A DNA stretch of 33,355 nucleotides, taken from IMG/VR virus record IMGVR_UViG_3300050187_000003, positions 139,576 to 172,930 of that record; one strand, 5' to 3'. Position 1 is the first letter of the stretch; each line of letters starts with the position of its first letter. The notes beneath the pieces were generated by a model that saw nothing but the letters and a program-made list of their open reading frames with translations, ran no database searches and was not told the DNA's origin. Source of the stretch: a virus. Lineage: Duplodnaviria; Heunggongvirae; Uroviricota; Caudoviricetes. Of the stretch, positions 1-8,982 are shown one piece after another. The position numbers and the translations under genes are program-made.

Positions 1-2
1 CT

Positions 3-638
3 CTATGCGCGGCGGGCGTCGAAGAGAATTGGGTGCACAACCGGCCACGGCGGCGCGAGCGGCGTATCAAACAAAGCCGGAAACCGGTCGGGGTCCTGCG
101 CGAACACAAACATGTTCGCCTTGTACCAGTTTTCGACCCGGGTGTCGTTCCACATCTGCCACCGCAGCGCACCGGACACGGCATAGCCGTGTCCGGCGAA
201 CAGGCCAACCCAGTAGCCGGGTGGCTGCTCGTTGACGTGCCCAACGCCCCCCTGCCCTGGGATCGCCGCCGAAAACAGCACCGTCGGGGCCAGCCCGCAC
301 AAGTCGGCGACGAACCCCTCTGCCCGCGTCGCGGGCAGATGCTCGGCCACCTCAAGACACACCGCCAAGTCGAACCGCCCTGCGAGATGCGGCGGCATCG
401 GCCGAGTCAGGTCGTGTCCGATGAACCGGTCCCCGAGCGGTGACCCCTGAACGTACTGGCCGTCGACCCCGATCACGCCGCAGCCATGGCCGGTGAACTC
501 GTGCGCCCACCAGCCCTCACCGCAGCCGACATCCACCACCAGTTTCGGGGCGATCGTGTCCATGACGAGTGGCACCACAACAGCGGCTGACGACTGCACC
601 CCTGGACGGATCGTGTCGTAGAACACCCGGTCATACAT
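3..638 (-). CDS. Class I SAM-dependent methyltransferase (glycan-associated type)
   Basis: Start re-called at ATG 638 (MYDRVFYD). Motif I VVDVGCGEG and FDLAVCLEVAEHL; SAAIPGQGGVGHVNEQ. Confidence 0.88.
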   Translation of the reverse strand: MYDRVFYDTIRPGVQSSAAVVVPLVMDTIAPKLVVDVGCGEGWWAHEFTGHGCGVIGVDGQYVQGSPLGDRFIGHDLTRPMPPHLAGRFDLAVCLEVAEHLPATRAEGFVADLCGLAPTVLFSAAIPGQGGVGHVNEQPPGYWVGLFAGHGYAVSGALRWQMWNDTRVENWYKANMFVFAQDPDRFPALFDTPLAPPWPVVHPILFDARRA

Positions 639-639
639 G

Positions 640-1326
640 TCAGTACCCGCTTCCCACCCGCTGGTCGCCGATGTGCCGCACCCACTCGCCGGAAGTGCGG
701 GCTCCCCAGTAGCCGAACCGGACTGCCTGGCTGTGGGCCTCGGGTGTGCCGTGCCGCAGCAGCCCGCCAGTGAAACTGCCCTCTGATCGGGGTCCACGCG
801 GCCAGCCGATGCCGAGCAGTGACCTGCGGTAGAGGCACGGGTTGGTGGTGAAGAACCGGCGGTGTTCCAGCCACATGTGTCCGTGTTCGTCGCCGGCGTC
901 GTGGTAGTCGCCGGGGGCTTGCTCGACGATGCCGCCGGCCGCTGTCTCGGCGGCGTTCCACGGCTGGCGACGTAGCGCCATCTGTGTCAGATACGGACGT
1001 CCGGACATCACGTCGACGAGGTTTCCCAGGTCGACGGTTCGGGTGATGGTGAAGTCCTGTTCGTGGTGCCACACCCACGGCGCGGCTGATGACCCCCGCA
1101 GGTGTGCCCAGGCGGCGCGGATCGCCCCGCCGAAACCGCGGCGCGGGCCACCGTTGATGTGTTCGAACTGGGGGTACCGTGCTGCGAGACGCGCCCGGTA
1201 CCGCCGGTCGCCGGTGTCGTCGTACATCCACCATTCGTTGACTGGGCCGCGTAGCTGTGGGAGGGACGCCACGGTGCGGGCCAGGTAGTCGTCGCGTCCG
1301 TCGGTGATGACCAGGACGGCGATCAT
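640..1326 (-). CDS. Glycosyltransferase, GT2/GT-A fold
   Basis: Start ATG 1326 (MIAVLVITDGRDDYL) in an ATGA overlap with the upstream stop. YDD motif, GFGGAIRAAW, DxD-like HHEQDF, C-terminal HIG. Confidence 0.8.
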   Translation of the reverse strand: MIAVLVITDGRDDYLARTVASLPQLRGPVNEWWMYDDTGDRRYRARLAARYPQFEHINGGPRRGFGGAIRAAWAHLRGSSAAPWVWHHEQDFTITRTVDLGNLVDVMSGRPYLTQMALRRQPWNAAETAAGGIVEQAPGDYHDAGDEHGHMWLEHRRFFTTNPCLYRRSLLGIGWPRGPRSEGSFTGGLLRHGTPEAHSQAVRFGYWGARTSGEWVRHIGDQRVGSGY

Positions 1327-1793
1327 CGGACGGCTTTCGTCGCCATCTGATATGCCGGTTCGGCAACCGGCCAGCCTGACGTTTCCAGTCGGCGGAACAG
1401 GGCTGTCATGTCGGTCAGCTCCCTTATGTGTACGTCGTCGACGCGTTCGGGCCACCGGTGTCGGAACGCCTCCACCCGGGCTGTTACGTCGGCTGGGCTG
1501 ATCCGTTGTCCGAGTTTCCGCGCGGACCGGGACACCTCGTGTGGGTCGCGGATCATCAGCACCGCCCGGGTCGGTGTAGGCAGGGCAAGATGTGGGTTGA
1601 GTATTTTCACCACGTCACCGGGCAGGGTTTGGTGGTCGGAGGTTTCGTAGAAGTGCTCCGCCAGGCTGGTTTGTTGGCGGCTGTACCACTCCGCTTGGAG
1701 GTCCCACCGGACTGTCAGTGTTGTCCACGCGGCGACCGCCTCCAGCATGGTGGTTGTCGCCGACCGGGGCGGACCGCACACCACCCACATCAC
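1323..1793 (-). CDS. Sulfotransferase-like P-loop protein
   Basis: C-terminal part of ORF 1323..2363 (GTG 1793 or ATG 1790). VVCGPPRSATT resembles the 5'-PSB loop (GxxRSGTT); VLMIRDPHEVSRS resembles the 3'-PB motif (RDP..S). Confidence 0.65.
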   Translation of the reverse strand: MMWVVCGPPRSATTTMLEAVAAWTTLTVRWDLQAEWYSRQQTSLAEHFYETSDHQTLPGDVVKILNPHLALPTPTRAVLMIRDPHEVSRSARKLGQRISPADVTARVEAFRHRWPERVDDVHIRELTDMTALFRRLETSGWPVAEPAYQMATKAVR

Positions 1794-2404
1794 GGCGCCA
1801 ACGGGACGAGTCCGTTCGCTGACGCGATCGCCCTGTGGGCGGCGTTTTTCGCGGCCGGGGTTGGGGCCCGGTTGCGGGACCGTGGGCGTACGTGCGCCTG
1901 GTAGACGGCCTGTGGGATCGCTTCGAATGTGGCTCCGGCGAGGTGACAGCGTAGCCACAGGTCCCAGTCCTCGTAGACGGGGAAGTCTCGCCATCCGCCG
2001 ACCTGTCGGACCAGTTCGGGGCGGACGGCGGCGCCTACGACCAGCCAGTTGCCCTGCGTCAGGCAGGTGTCGGCGCAGTCGTGGTGGTGTCCGGCCACTC
2101 TGGGCATGGTTGGCCGGGTGGGGTGTCCACCGGTGATGTACCGGACTGCCGGTGCCCGCACGTCGGCTGATCCGCCGGACAGCGCGGCCAGGTAGCCGGG
2201 GTCGAGTTCGTCGTCGGCGTCCAGGTGCACCACCCATTCGGTGTTCACCTGGGCCAGCCCCTGGTTGCGGGCGTTGTGGAGACTGTCCGCGTGGGTGTGC
2301 ACCACGGGCACTCCCAGTGCTCGGGCGGATGGGATGGCGCGGCGTCCCGCCAGGGTTCGCCACCAGCCGTCGCCGTAGGTGGCGACCACAATGGTCATGT
2401 CCAC
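1790..2404 (-). CDS. Glycosyltransferase family 2
   Basis: TIVVATYG, ARNQGL, VVHLDADDEL (DxD), VGGW and EDWDLWLR motifs. Confidence 0.92.
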   Translation of the reverse strand: MDMTIVVATYGDGWWRTLAGRRAIPSARALGVPVVHTHADSLHNARNQGLAQVNTEWVVHLDADDELDPGYLAALSGGSADVRAPAVRYITGGHPTRPTMPRVAGHHHDCADTCLTQGNWLVVGAAVRPELVRQVGGWRDFPVYEDWDLWLRCHLAGATFEAIPQAVYQAHVRPRSRNRAPTPAAKNAAHRAIASANGLVPLAP

Positions 2405-3066
2405 AGTCGTCTCCTGGCTTCGAACATGGGCCGGCCCTGGCGCATTCGCGCCGGCTGCTGTCGGTACAACGCGTCGACGTGGCCCTTACCCCAGTTGGGG
2501 TGCAGGTGTTCCACGTGGGAGTTCGGGGCGAACGCCCACGCCCCGCGGCGTTTCGCGGTCGCCACGAGTTCGTCGTCGACGTATTCGTGTGGGTAGCCCT
2601 CGTGGAGGATCGCCCCCGGCTGGTCGATCACTCCGTGGGTGTCGGCGTAGTCGCGGGTGATGAGACTGTGGGTGGCGTGTTCGCCTCGCATGACTCTCGG
2701 CGATCCGAGGTCGTTGGTGCCGACCACCCCAACTCCGGGGGTCAACGCGGCTGTGGCGTGCTGCCACCAGTCGGGGTGGAATCGCAGGTCGTCGGCGGCG
2801 CAGAAGATCAGCGGCGCGGTGGTGCGACGATACCCGGTGTTGATCTTTCTGGCGTAGTCGCCGACCGGGCGCCGGTCCACGACGATCCACGGCCGTCCGG
2901 CGGCGCGAACGGCGGCGAGAACCCCGCTGTCGCCGGGGGTGAGGCAGAACAACACATGCGCGTCGGGGGCGGTCGCGTCGATGGTCGCCAGGAGGGGCGC
3001 CACCCGGTTGGGGCGTCCGAGCATCGGCACCAGGATCGTGATGTCGCCGTCCGTCCAGAACGTCAC
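2395..3066 (-). CDS. Glycosyltransferase family 2
   Basis: Start GTG 3066 overlaps the tail-terminator stop. ITILVPMLGRP, KINTGY, FCAADDL (DD), YVDDEL and VEHLHP motifs. Confidence 0.85.
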   Translation of the reverse strand: MTFWTDGDITILVPMLGRPNRVAPLLATIDATAPDAHVLFCLTPGDSGVLAAVRAAGRPWIVVDRRPVGDYARKINTGYRRTTAPLIFCAADDLRFHPDWWQHATAALTPGVGVVGTNDLGSPRVMRGEHATHSLITRDYADTHGVIDQPGAILHEGYPHEYVDDELVATAKRRGAWAFAPNSHVEHLHPNWGKGHVDALYRQQPARMRQGRPMFEARRRLWT

Positions 3067-3515
3067 GAACCGCCTCCGGTGAGGGGGGCCGAGTAGAAGC
3101 TGAACTGGGCGAACGTGGTGTACACGTTGTAGTCGGGGGTGCCGGTCTGGTCGTCGCGGTCCGGCGACGGAGGTCCCGGAACGTCGGCGAGTTGGGTGAT
3201 CAGCCCGCAGCGGCGTCCGACTATCACGGGCCGGCGGCGGTGCAGTGCCACAGCGGCCCGGTCGAGGGCGGTGATTGTCTCCCGGACGTTGCGTCCGGCG
3301 GCGGTGACCTGGGTGGTGGTGGTTGACTCCCCCCCATACCCGGCCAGGGCGATCGTCGGCCGGCCGGCGGGGGGCGGCCACACGATCAGGTACGGCCACA
3401 CCAGTTCGGGGTCGGGAATGTCGGGACGGCCGAGGTAGACGCCGTAGCCGACGGCGGTGTCGAGCATGTCGTGGATGGCGGCGGCGTGCGCCCACCCGAC
3501 GTCGCTGTCAGCCAC
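3063..3515 (-). CDS. Tail terminator / tail-completion protein
   Basis: Lies after the HK97-gp10 gene; VYLG..P...WPYLIVWP and QVTAAG pattern; about 150 aa. Confidence 0.6.
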   Translation of the reverse strand: MADSDVGWAHAAAIHDMLDTAVGYGVYLGRPDIPDPELVWPYLIVWPPPAGRPTIALAGYGGESTTTTQVTAAGRNVRETITALDRAAVALHRRRPVIVGRRCGLITQLADVPGPPSPDRDDQTGTPDYNVYTTFAQFSFYSAPLTGGGS

Positions 3516-3870
3516 GGCTTCCCCGGGCGTCAAGGACGGATGCCCCGACGGCGGCGGCCCCGGCGTAGAAGGCCGGTTCTACGATGTCGGCAGCCGGCCC
3601 CATGTACGGCTGGGGCGCCATGTGTCTGGTGCCGTGCTCGACGAACCAGCCATATTCCGCCTCTGGGCCGGTTTCGCCTCGGACGGTGGTCGCCGACTCG
3701 GCGAACTCGGAGGTGATCGAGCCCTTCAGGTGTCCGGTTCGCACCGGAGCACGGCCCTTGCCGATGGCCTCACATGCCAGCGTTGACGATCTGACCAGTT
3801 CAACTGTCCGGCCGTGGAGCCGATCCGGGGCTTGTCGCAGGTCACGTTCCAGACGGTCGATGTCATCCAC
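3508..3870 (-). CDS. HK97-gp10 family phage morphogenesis protein
   Basis: APVRTGHLKGSI and YGWFVEHGTRHMAPQPYMGPA signature motifs. Confidence 0.92.
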   Translation of the reverse strand: MDDIDRLERDLRQAPDRLHGRTVELVRSSTLACEAIGKGRAPVRTGHLKGSITSEFAESATTVRGETGPEAEYGWFVEHGTRHMAPQPYMGPAADIVEPAFYAGAAAVGASVLDARGSRG

Positions 3871-3880
3871 CGCAACCCCC

Positions 3881-4336
3881 TCAGCGTGTGACAGGTGGCT
3901 GCAGGGTGCAGGCCAACACCCGTTCCCAGGTCAGCGACCCGCGCGCCACATCCCCCACTCGTAGTCGTTTGTTTTCCAGGTCGGGGTCGCCGGGGCAGCA
4001 CACGATGGTCACCATGTCGCCAACCCACAGTTCGGGGGTGCACGTCGGCACCGTCACCATGTACGGGGAGACGGTCACATCCCGGTCGCCGGCCGTCACC
4101 GGGGCGCCGCCGGGTGCGCCGGACCCGCGGCCGACCCGGCACGGCCCGGACCCGCCACCGTCCGCCGGGTAGATGCGCTGCGGGGTGGGAAACACGGACC
4201 GGCCGGCAGCGTCGTCCCATGTGGCTGCGGTGGACGGACGGTCGATGTGACACGTCGCCGGCATCACATCGGCGGACACCGGCCGGTGGTGGGCTTCCCA
4301 CCGGGCTGGCACGACACGGGTCGCCGGCAGAGGCAT
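3881..4336 (-). CDS. Head-to-tail stopper / head closure protein (DUF6093-like)
   Basis: Lies between the adaptor and gp10; MPATCHI..P, WD..G, IY..GPCRV and GD.VTI..DPDL pattern. Alternative start at 4348. Confidence 0.65.
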   Translation of the reverse strand: MPLPATRVVPARWEAHHRPVSADVMPATCHIDRPSTAATWDDAAGRSVFPTPQRIYPADGGGSGPCRVGRGSGAPGGAPVTAGDRDVTVSPYMVTVPTCTPELWVGDMVTIVCCPGDPDLENKRLRVGDVARGSLTWERVLACTLQPPVTR

Positions 4337-4341
4337 CGCTG

Positions 4342-4995
4342 TCACCACCAGGCGTCGCGGTAGGCGGCGTACGGGTCGTACTCGACGACGTCGATGCCGT
4401 AGTCGTCGGGGTCGCCGACTTCCTCGTCGGACTGCTTACGCAGTGCCGCAGCCCGGTCGCGAAGTTCTTTCGCCACAGCTGGGCCGTCGGTTGAGAGCCC
4501 GTCCGATGTGGTGATTTTCTTCGACACCAGCACTTCGGAAACGGCGATCGTCTCCAACGCCAACGCCGCGGCCCGTTTGACGTTGCCGGATTCGATCGTC
4601 AGGAACGCCCCGATCTGTGTGTCCTCGAACAGCGGGTCAACGTCGTTGAGGTCGGTGGCGAGCAGCCGCACCCGCCCAATGTCGGTGCTGGGGTCAACGG
4701 TGATCGGTGGCAGCCCCGCCGTGTCGCGGGCCACCCGGAAGGTGCCCTGCTCCTCGCCCTCGGCGGTGCCGGACGCGGTGAGAGCCCAGCCGTGCAGCCC
4801 TGCCGCGGCAGCCGTGTATCCGGCTGTGAACACGTTGCCCGACGACGTTACGGACATTGCGGTCGACCCGCCGGACGGCGGCCGCACCTCGCCGACGACG
4901 GTCGCCCCCGAGACTGGATCGCCGGCGTCGTCGACGATGGTCCACTCGACGACGAACCGTGACCCCGCCCAGTAGGTGCGCACAGGGCAGGTCAC
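4342..4995 (-). CDS. Head-to-tail adaptor with an N-terminal Ig-like extension
   Basis: C-terminal half DPSTDIGRVRLLATD...LFEDTQI...NVKRAAALALETIA is typical of actinophage adaptors; the first ~90 aa are beta-rich. Confidence 0.7.
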   Translation of the reverse strand: MTCPVRTYWAGSRFVVEWTIVDDAGDPVSGATVVGEVRPPSGGSTAMSVTSSGNVFTAGYTAAAAGLHGWALTASGTAEGEEQGTFRVARDTAGLPPITVDPSTDIGRVRLLATDLNDVDPLFEDTQIGAFLTIESGNVKRAAALALETIAVSEVLVSKKITTSDGLSTDGPAVAKELRDRAAALRKQSDEEVGDPDDYGIDVVEYDPYAAYRDAWW

Positions 4996-5954
4996 AGCAC
5001 TCTCACCCCACCCGTCGTCGATCGGATGGCGACAGGGCCGCGGGCCGCCCGCACAGGTGGTTGCCGGTCGGCGCGGCTGTCCAACCCAACCCCGGACCAG
5101 ACGTCACCCGCGGTGTGTTTGTCGGCGCCGGCCCTGCCCGCGAGCCCCAACCCGCTGCGGGTGCGGGACACAGCGCCGATCACAGCCGCCGTGTGTGCGG
5201 TGAGCGGCGTCGAACTGTGCGCCCCGACAGACACCTGTTTGGTGGATGCGATGTGCGAGTCGGCCAGCAGTGGACTCGTCCCGCCGCCGGCAGCTGCCCG
5301 CGACACGGACGCGTGGGACGCGGCGAGCAGTCCGCTGCGGGTCGGCGTCGACGCTGTTCTGGTGGCGGCGGCGGCGGATGACAGCCCAACCTCCGAGTGG
5401 GCCGCCGCCGCCACCGTTTTCGCCGCGGACCCAACGGTTGAGGACACTGCGACCAGGCTCGTCGCCGTCGTTCCGTCATCGCCGTCGTCCACCACCGGCG
5501 AGACGTGAAAGTTGGAGTCGTTGCCCGATTCGATGTTGGGGTAGTTGCCGGGGGCGACCTGCAGCCAGCCGTTGTTGGTGGTGGCCGTCAAGATGTTCTG
5601 GGTTTCTGGCCACGCGTAGGAGGTGGTCGCCACATACCGGTCGGGGGTGTATATTCCGGCCCGATACGTGGCGGTTGTCACCAACGCCGATTCGTCTCCG
5701 GGGGCGAAGTACACGCGTTGTGTGGTGCCCGCCACGGCGGTGAAGTTCGCGGAGGACAGCAGTGTTTCGGTCGCCACGTCCCACAGGACGATCGCGCATT
5801 GCCCGGACGGGGCGGTGTCCGGTACCCGCCACTGCACACCGACACAGGTGCAGTCCTGCGAGACGGTGAACTGCACGGCGAGGGTGTAGTCCTCACCCAC
5901 GTCGATCTGGTCGGGAAGTGTCGGCGCACCCCATGTGAACACCAGTTCGGACAC
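4992..5954 (-). CDS. Virion protein with DUF4082-like beta-sandwich domain and Ser/Thr/Ala-rich C-terminus
   Basis: YTLAVQFTVSQD.T..GVQW, LWD..T..LL and SNFHVSPV pattern, followed by a low-complexity S/T/A region. Confidence 0.55.
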   Translation of the reverse strand: MSELVFTWGAPTLPDQIDVGEDYTLAVQFTVSQDCTCVGVQWRVPDTAPSGQCAIVLWDVATETLLSSANFTAVAGTTQRVYFAPGDESALVTTATYRAGIYTPDRYVATTSYAWPETQNILTATTNNGWLQVAPGNYPNIESGNDSNFHVSPVVDDGDDGTTATSLVAVSSTVGSAAKTVAAAAHSEVGLSSAAAATRTASTPTRSGLLAASHASVSRAAAGGGTSPLLADSHIASTKQVSVGAHSSTPLTAHTAAVIGAVSRTRSGLGLAGRAGADKHTAGDVWSGVGLDSRADRQPPVRAARGPVAIRSTTGGVRVL

Positions 5955-5988
5955 AACCCCCCCAATTTGCCCGTTTCGGGTTGAAAAC

Positions 5989-6606
5989 TCAGAGGGTGTT
6001 GCTGGACACCACGACCTGCCCGTCGGTGAGCGTCAACGTGCCAGCCGACCCGAACGTCTCGGGCACACAGTTCGCCCAGTACACCTCGCCCTGCGCGGTG
6101 ATGTCGACAGCGGCGCCCCCCGACGTCAGGCTGACCTGGTAGGTGTCCGTGGCGGCGCCGACCACGAAGTAGACGGTGCCTTCCGTCAGCCCGGCCGGCA
6201 GGGATTCGCCGAGCACGTTGTACACGACGACCCGGTCCGCGTTGGACAGTCCGTGTCCCGCCGACTGGATTGCGTTGGCGGTGACCCCGGCGGTGTCAAC
6301 GGTGCCGAATCCGCGCAGGCTGTTGCCGATCAGCCCATGCCCGTAGAAGGTGCCCGCTGTGGCAGCCGACCACCAGCCGGCCGCGTAGACGGTGGTGCCA
6401 GCCGGAATGTTGATGGTGACCGCACCGTTGGATGTGGCCTGCCCGGACGCGGCCGCGTTCCAGGCGATCGTCGTGCGGGCGTAGGAGCCGCCGGAAACCT
6501 CCCCGGATCCGGTGTTGTCGGGCACGGCGGTGTGGGCGGACGCGTAGTCGATGAGTCCGGCGATGGTGTCGGCGGCGGCGTTCTGGGCTGCGGCGACGAA
6601 CGGCAT
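5989..6606 (-). CDS. Phage fibre/minor structural protein
   Basis: ATG 6606 after GGAGG. HTA.P..TGS.EVSGGSYAR..I.W and WSAATAGTF motifs are widespread in phage minor structural proteins. Confidence 0.7.
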   Translation of the reverse strand: MPFVAAAQNAAADTIAGLIDYASAHTAVPDNTGSGEVSGGSYARTTIAWNAAASGQATSNGAVTINIPAGTTVYAAGWWSAATAGTFYGHGLIGNSLRGFGTVDTAGVTANAIQSAGHGLSNADRVVVYNVLGESLPAGLTEGTVYFVVGAATDTYQVSLTSGGAAVDITAQGEVYWANCVPETFGSAGTLTLTDGQVVVSSNTL

Positions 6607-6835
6607 GTGGTCCTCCACAAGAAGTCGCAGCCGGACAACGGCGGCGGGTATGTCGGGTACGGATATGCGGGTGGCCACCCGCATGGCGAGCAGTCAGTGT
6701 TTGCCGGAGCCCGTCGGTAGGCTGGTCGGGGTCGTTGCCGGGCGCCGCGTCGAGCAGCAACGCCGCCACCGCGTCCCGTTGACGTGCCCGACCGACCCCG
6801 ACGTCCAGGCGGTGCTGCCAGCCGTCACCTGCCGG

Positions 6836-7279
6836 TCAGGGTGCGATCACCCCGGCTGCGACGCAGGCCGCGACGATGTCGTCGCGGCGTCCCTCTGCCG
6901 GGTAGGCAACCCCGACCTGGTCGGCCCACTGCCGCCACACGTCCAGTCCGGACCCGCGCCCCGCACGCGGCGGCGAGTCCGGACGTCCCCCACCTGCCGT
7001 TGGCACTGCGGCAGGGTCCGATCCCGGATTCGGAGCCGGCTCCTCCGGTGGTGGTGTCGGCGGCGGAGCCGGCTCGTGAACCTCCACCTGACGGGCAGGT
7101 GGCGGGGATGCGGGCTGGGGCTCCCGCACCTCCCGCCACGACCGCTCCGACGCGGCGTCGTGGACCGCTGCGGGCAGACAGGACAGCACCTGCCGCAGCA
7201 GCACGGTCTGCTCGGCGAGCAGATGACACTGCTGCCAGGCATACCTTTCAGCCCGGTTGATCGGCGGCGGCAACTCCAC
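6836..7279 (-). CDS. Hypothetical virion-operon protein (Pro-rich linker, C-terminal HeH/Rho-N-like helical domain)
   Basis: Starts 3 nt after the capsid stop; C-terminal RAGRGSGLDVWRQWA...RRDDIVAAC motif. Confidence 0.6.
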   Translation of the reverse strand: MELPPPINRAERYAWQQCHLLAEQTVLLRQVLSCLPAAVHDAASERSWREVREPQPASPPPARQVEVHEPAPPPTPPPEEPAPNPGSDPAAVPTAGGGRPDSPPRAGRGSGLDVWRQWADQVGVAYPAEGRRDDIVAACVAAGVIAP

Positions 7280-7282
7280 CGG

Positions 7283-8452
7283 TCAGGAACCCTCAACGTC
7301 GGTGCCGGTCGACGCCCACGTCATCTTCGGATCGACGAAGGAGCCTCCGAAGATGTGCCGAATCTTCTTCTCGGCGGCTTCGGTTTCGAACGAGAACGGC
7401 TCCTCCGGTCCGCCGCCGATCCGCCGCATGTTCGGCACCTTCTCGTACAGGGCCGGCTGCTCGTATCCGCGCAGGCGCCCGAACTCCAGAGCGGGACGGG
7501 CAGTGGTGGTCGGGTTCGCGAACAGCCACCAGGACGTGTCCGCGTTGGCGGTGGACACCACCGACGGAATCCAAAAGTTCGTCGACACTGTCAGGTTCGC
7601 GCCGATGCCGTTGCCGCGGATGATGGTGACGTTGCCGGCGGTGTCAACGGCCCGGTACTCGATCGCGTTGATGATTTCCTGCGCCTGTAGTGCCAGTCCG
7701 GGGCCGACGACCAACTCTACAGCGGTCACCTGGATCGGGTTGCCCCGTTCGTCGACCCGCTTCATCAGCGTTGTGAGCGCGGATTGCAGGGCATCACGGT
7801 CGAGGGCCGCGGTGCCGACGTTGTTGTTGCCGGCCGTGTAGTGGCTGGCGTGCGGGCCGTTCGCGTCGGCGAACAGGGTGGTGACAAACCGCTCTTCTGA
7901 GTCGCGGGCCGAGTCGGCGAGGTCCTGCGGAAGCCGCATGAACGCGTTCAAATCGTCGTTGATCATCGCTTCGAAGGAGACGGCGAACCCGGCCTCGTAC
8001 TTGCCGACCGCATAGCTGTACTGGGTTTCCGTCTGCGCGCGTCGTTCGAACTCGGCGAGCTCGTTGACCGGCTGCAAAATGCCGCGGATCCCCGAGGTCG
8101 CGAACCTCTTCACCGCGCGGAAGTCGTTCACCGTCGCCGCGCGGGCGTACCGCTGCCACGTCGGGGTAATCGCCTCGTAGGCGCCGTACAGCTGCCGGTC
8201 CAGGCTGTCGGCGAAGATCAGCGGAAAGTCGGCGGTGGACATGGCCTCGGAGAAGTGGTGCAGCGGACGGCGTGCGTACCGGATGTCGTCGACCAGCTGC
8301 TCGGCTGCGGCGACGCGCCGCAGCCAGGTCGGGTCGTTGCGTTGGGCGTGCGCGGCGCGGTTCGACAGGCGCGTCTGGCCGCCGAAAGCCTCGTGGATAG
8401 ACAGGGTTTCGGCGTCGACGGTGGCGACCGACGCCGTGAACAGGTCGGACAT
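7283..8452 (-). CDS. Major capsid protein (Mu gpT-like, HK97 fold)
   Basis: EAMSTADFPLI, VNDFR, V.ELAEF, SFEAMINDDL.AF..LP and LVVGPGL motifs; 389 aa; RBS GAGGAG. Confidence 0.9.
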   Translation of the reverse strand: MSDLFTASVATVDAETLSIHEAFGGQTRLSNRAAHAQRNDPTWLRRVAAAEQLVDDIRYARRPLHHFSEAMSTADFPLIFADSLDRQLYGAYEAITPTWQRYARAATVNDFRAVKRFATSGIRGILQPVNELAEFERRAQTETQYSYAVGKYEAGFAVSFEAMINDDLNAFMRLPQDLADSARDSEERFVTTLFADANGPHASHYTAGNNNVGTAALDRDALQSALTTLMKRVDERGNPIQVTAVELVVGPGLALQAQEIINAIEYRAVDTAGNVTIIRGNGIGANLTVSTNFWIPSVVSTANADTSWWLFANPTTTARPALEFGRLRGYEQPALYEKVPNMRRIGGGPEEPFSFETEAAEKKIRHIFGGSFVDPKMTWASTGTDVEGS

Positions 8453-8616
8453 CAGAAGATGGCTCCTCTTGTGGTGTCCGCCGGGCGTCAGACGTCAGGG
8501 TGCGGCCTTGTTCCGGCCGCCCCCGTTTCGCCTTTCGTCGCGGCGATGCGTGGGCCAGCCGGGCTGGCAGGATTCGTTGCGGAAAGTGGAGACGGACAGG
8601 GGCGTCCGCCGGTAGG

Positions 8617-8961
8617 TCAGTAGCCGATGTCGACGGTGATCGCTGCGGTCGCGGCGTTGTCGATCGCCTCGGACGCGTAGCCGAAGCGGACATTGCCCGA
8701 CGCCGAGTTGTTGAGCTGCGCGTCGGCGGCGTCGTAGTAGAGAATGTCGCCGGGGGTGATCGCCCCGCCCTCCGCTTCGACGGTGAGGGTCGCAGAGCCG
8801 TTGAACTTGACGGTCGCGTAGCCGGTGGAGTCCTCGTCGGTGAGGGCCACCCCGGGACGCTGCCCGCACAACACCGGGTCGCTGGACGAAGCCCCGGCGG
8901 TGGGGGCGGTGATCAGCCGGTACAGTTGCCAGCCGTCTTCGTGGACGATGTTCGTTGCCAT
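8617..8961 (-). CDS. Head decoration / capsid cement protein (DUF2190-like)
   Basis: MATNIV..G...DPV..G...GVALTD...AI.PGD.LYYD...FGYA pattern; 114 aa; between protease and capsid. Confidence 0.8.
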   Translation of the reverse strand: MATNIVHEDGWQLYRLITAPTAGASSSDPVLCGQRPGVALTDEDSTGYATVKFNGSATLTVEAEGGAITPGDILYYDAADAQLNNSASGNVRFGYASEAIDNAATAAITVDIGY

Positions 8962-8982
8962 TCTGGTGGGGGTCCTTTCAGG

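Noticed and set aside
6607-6835. Small gene between the 147-aa ORF and the fibre gene
   Set aside because: No frame gave a convincing start, RBS or protein-like sequence.
8485-8545. Hammerhead ribozyme (CUGA and GAAAC-like words on the minus strand)
   Set aside because: The core reads CUGACGU rather than CUGAnGA, and stems I-III could not be assembled.
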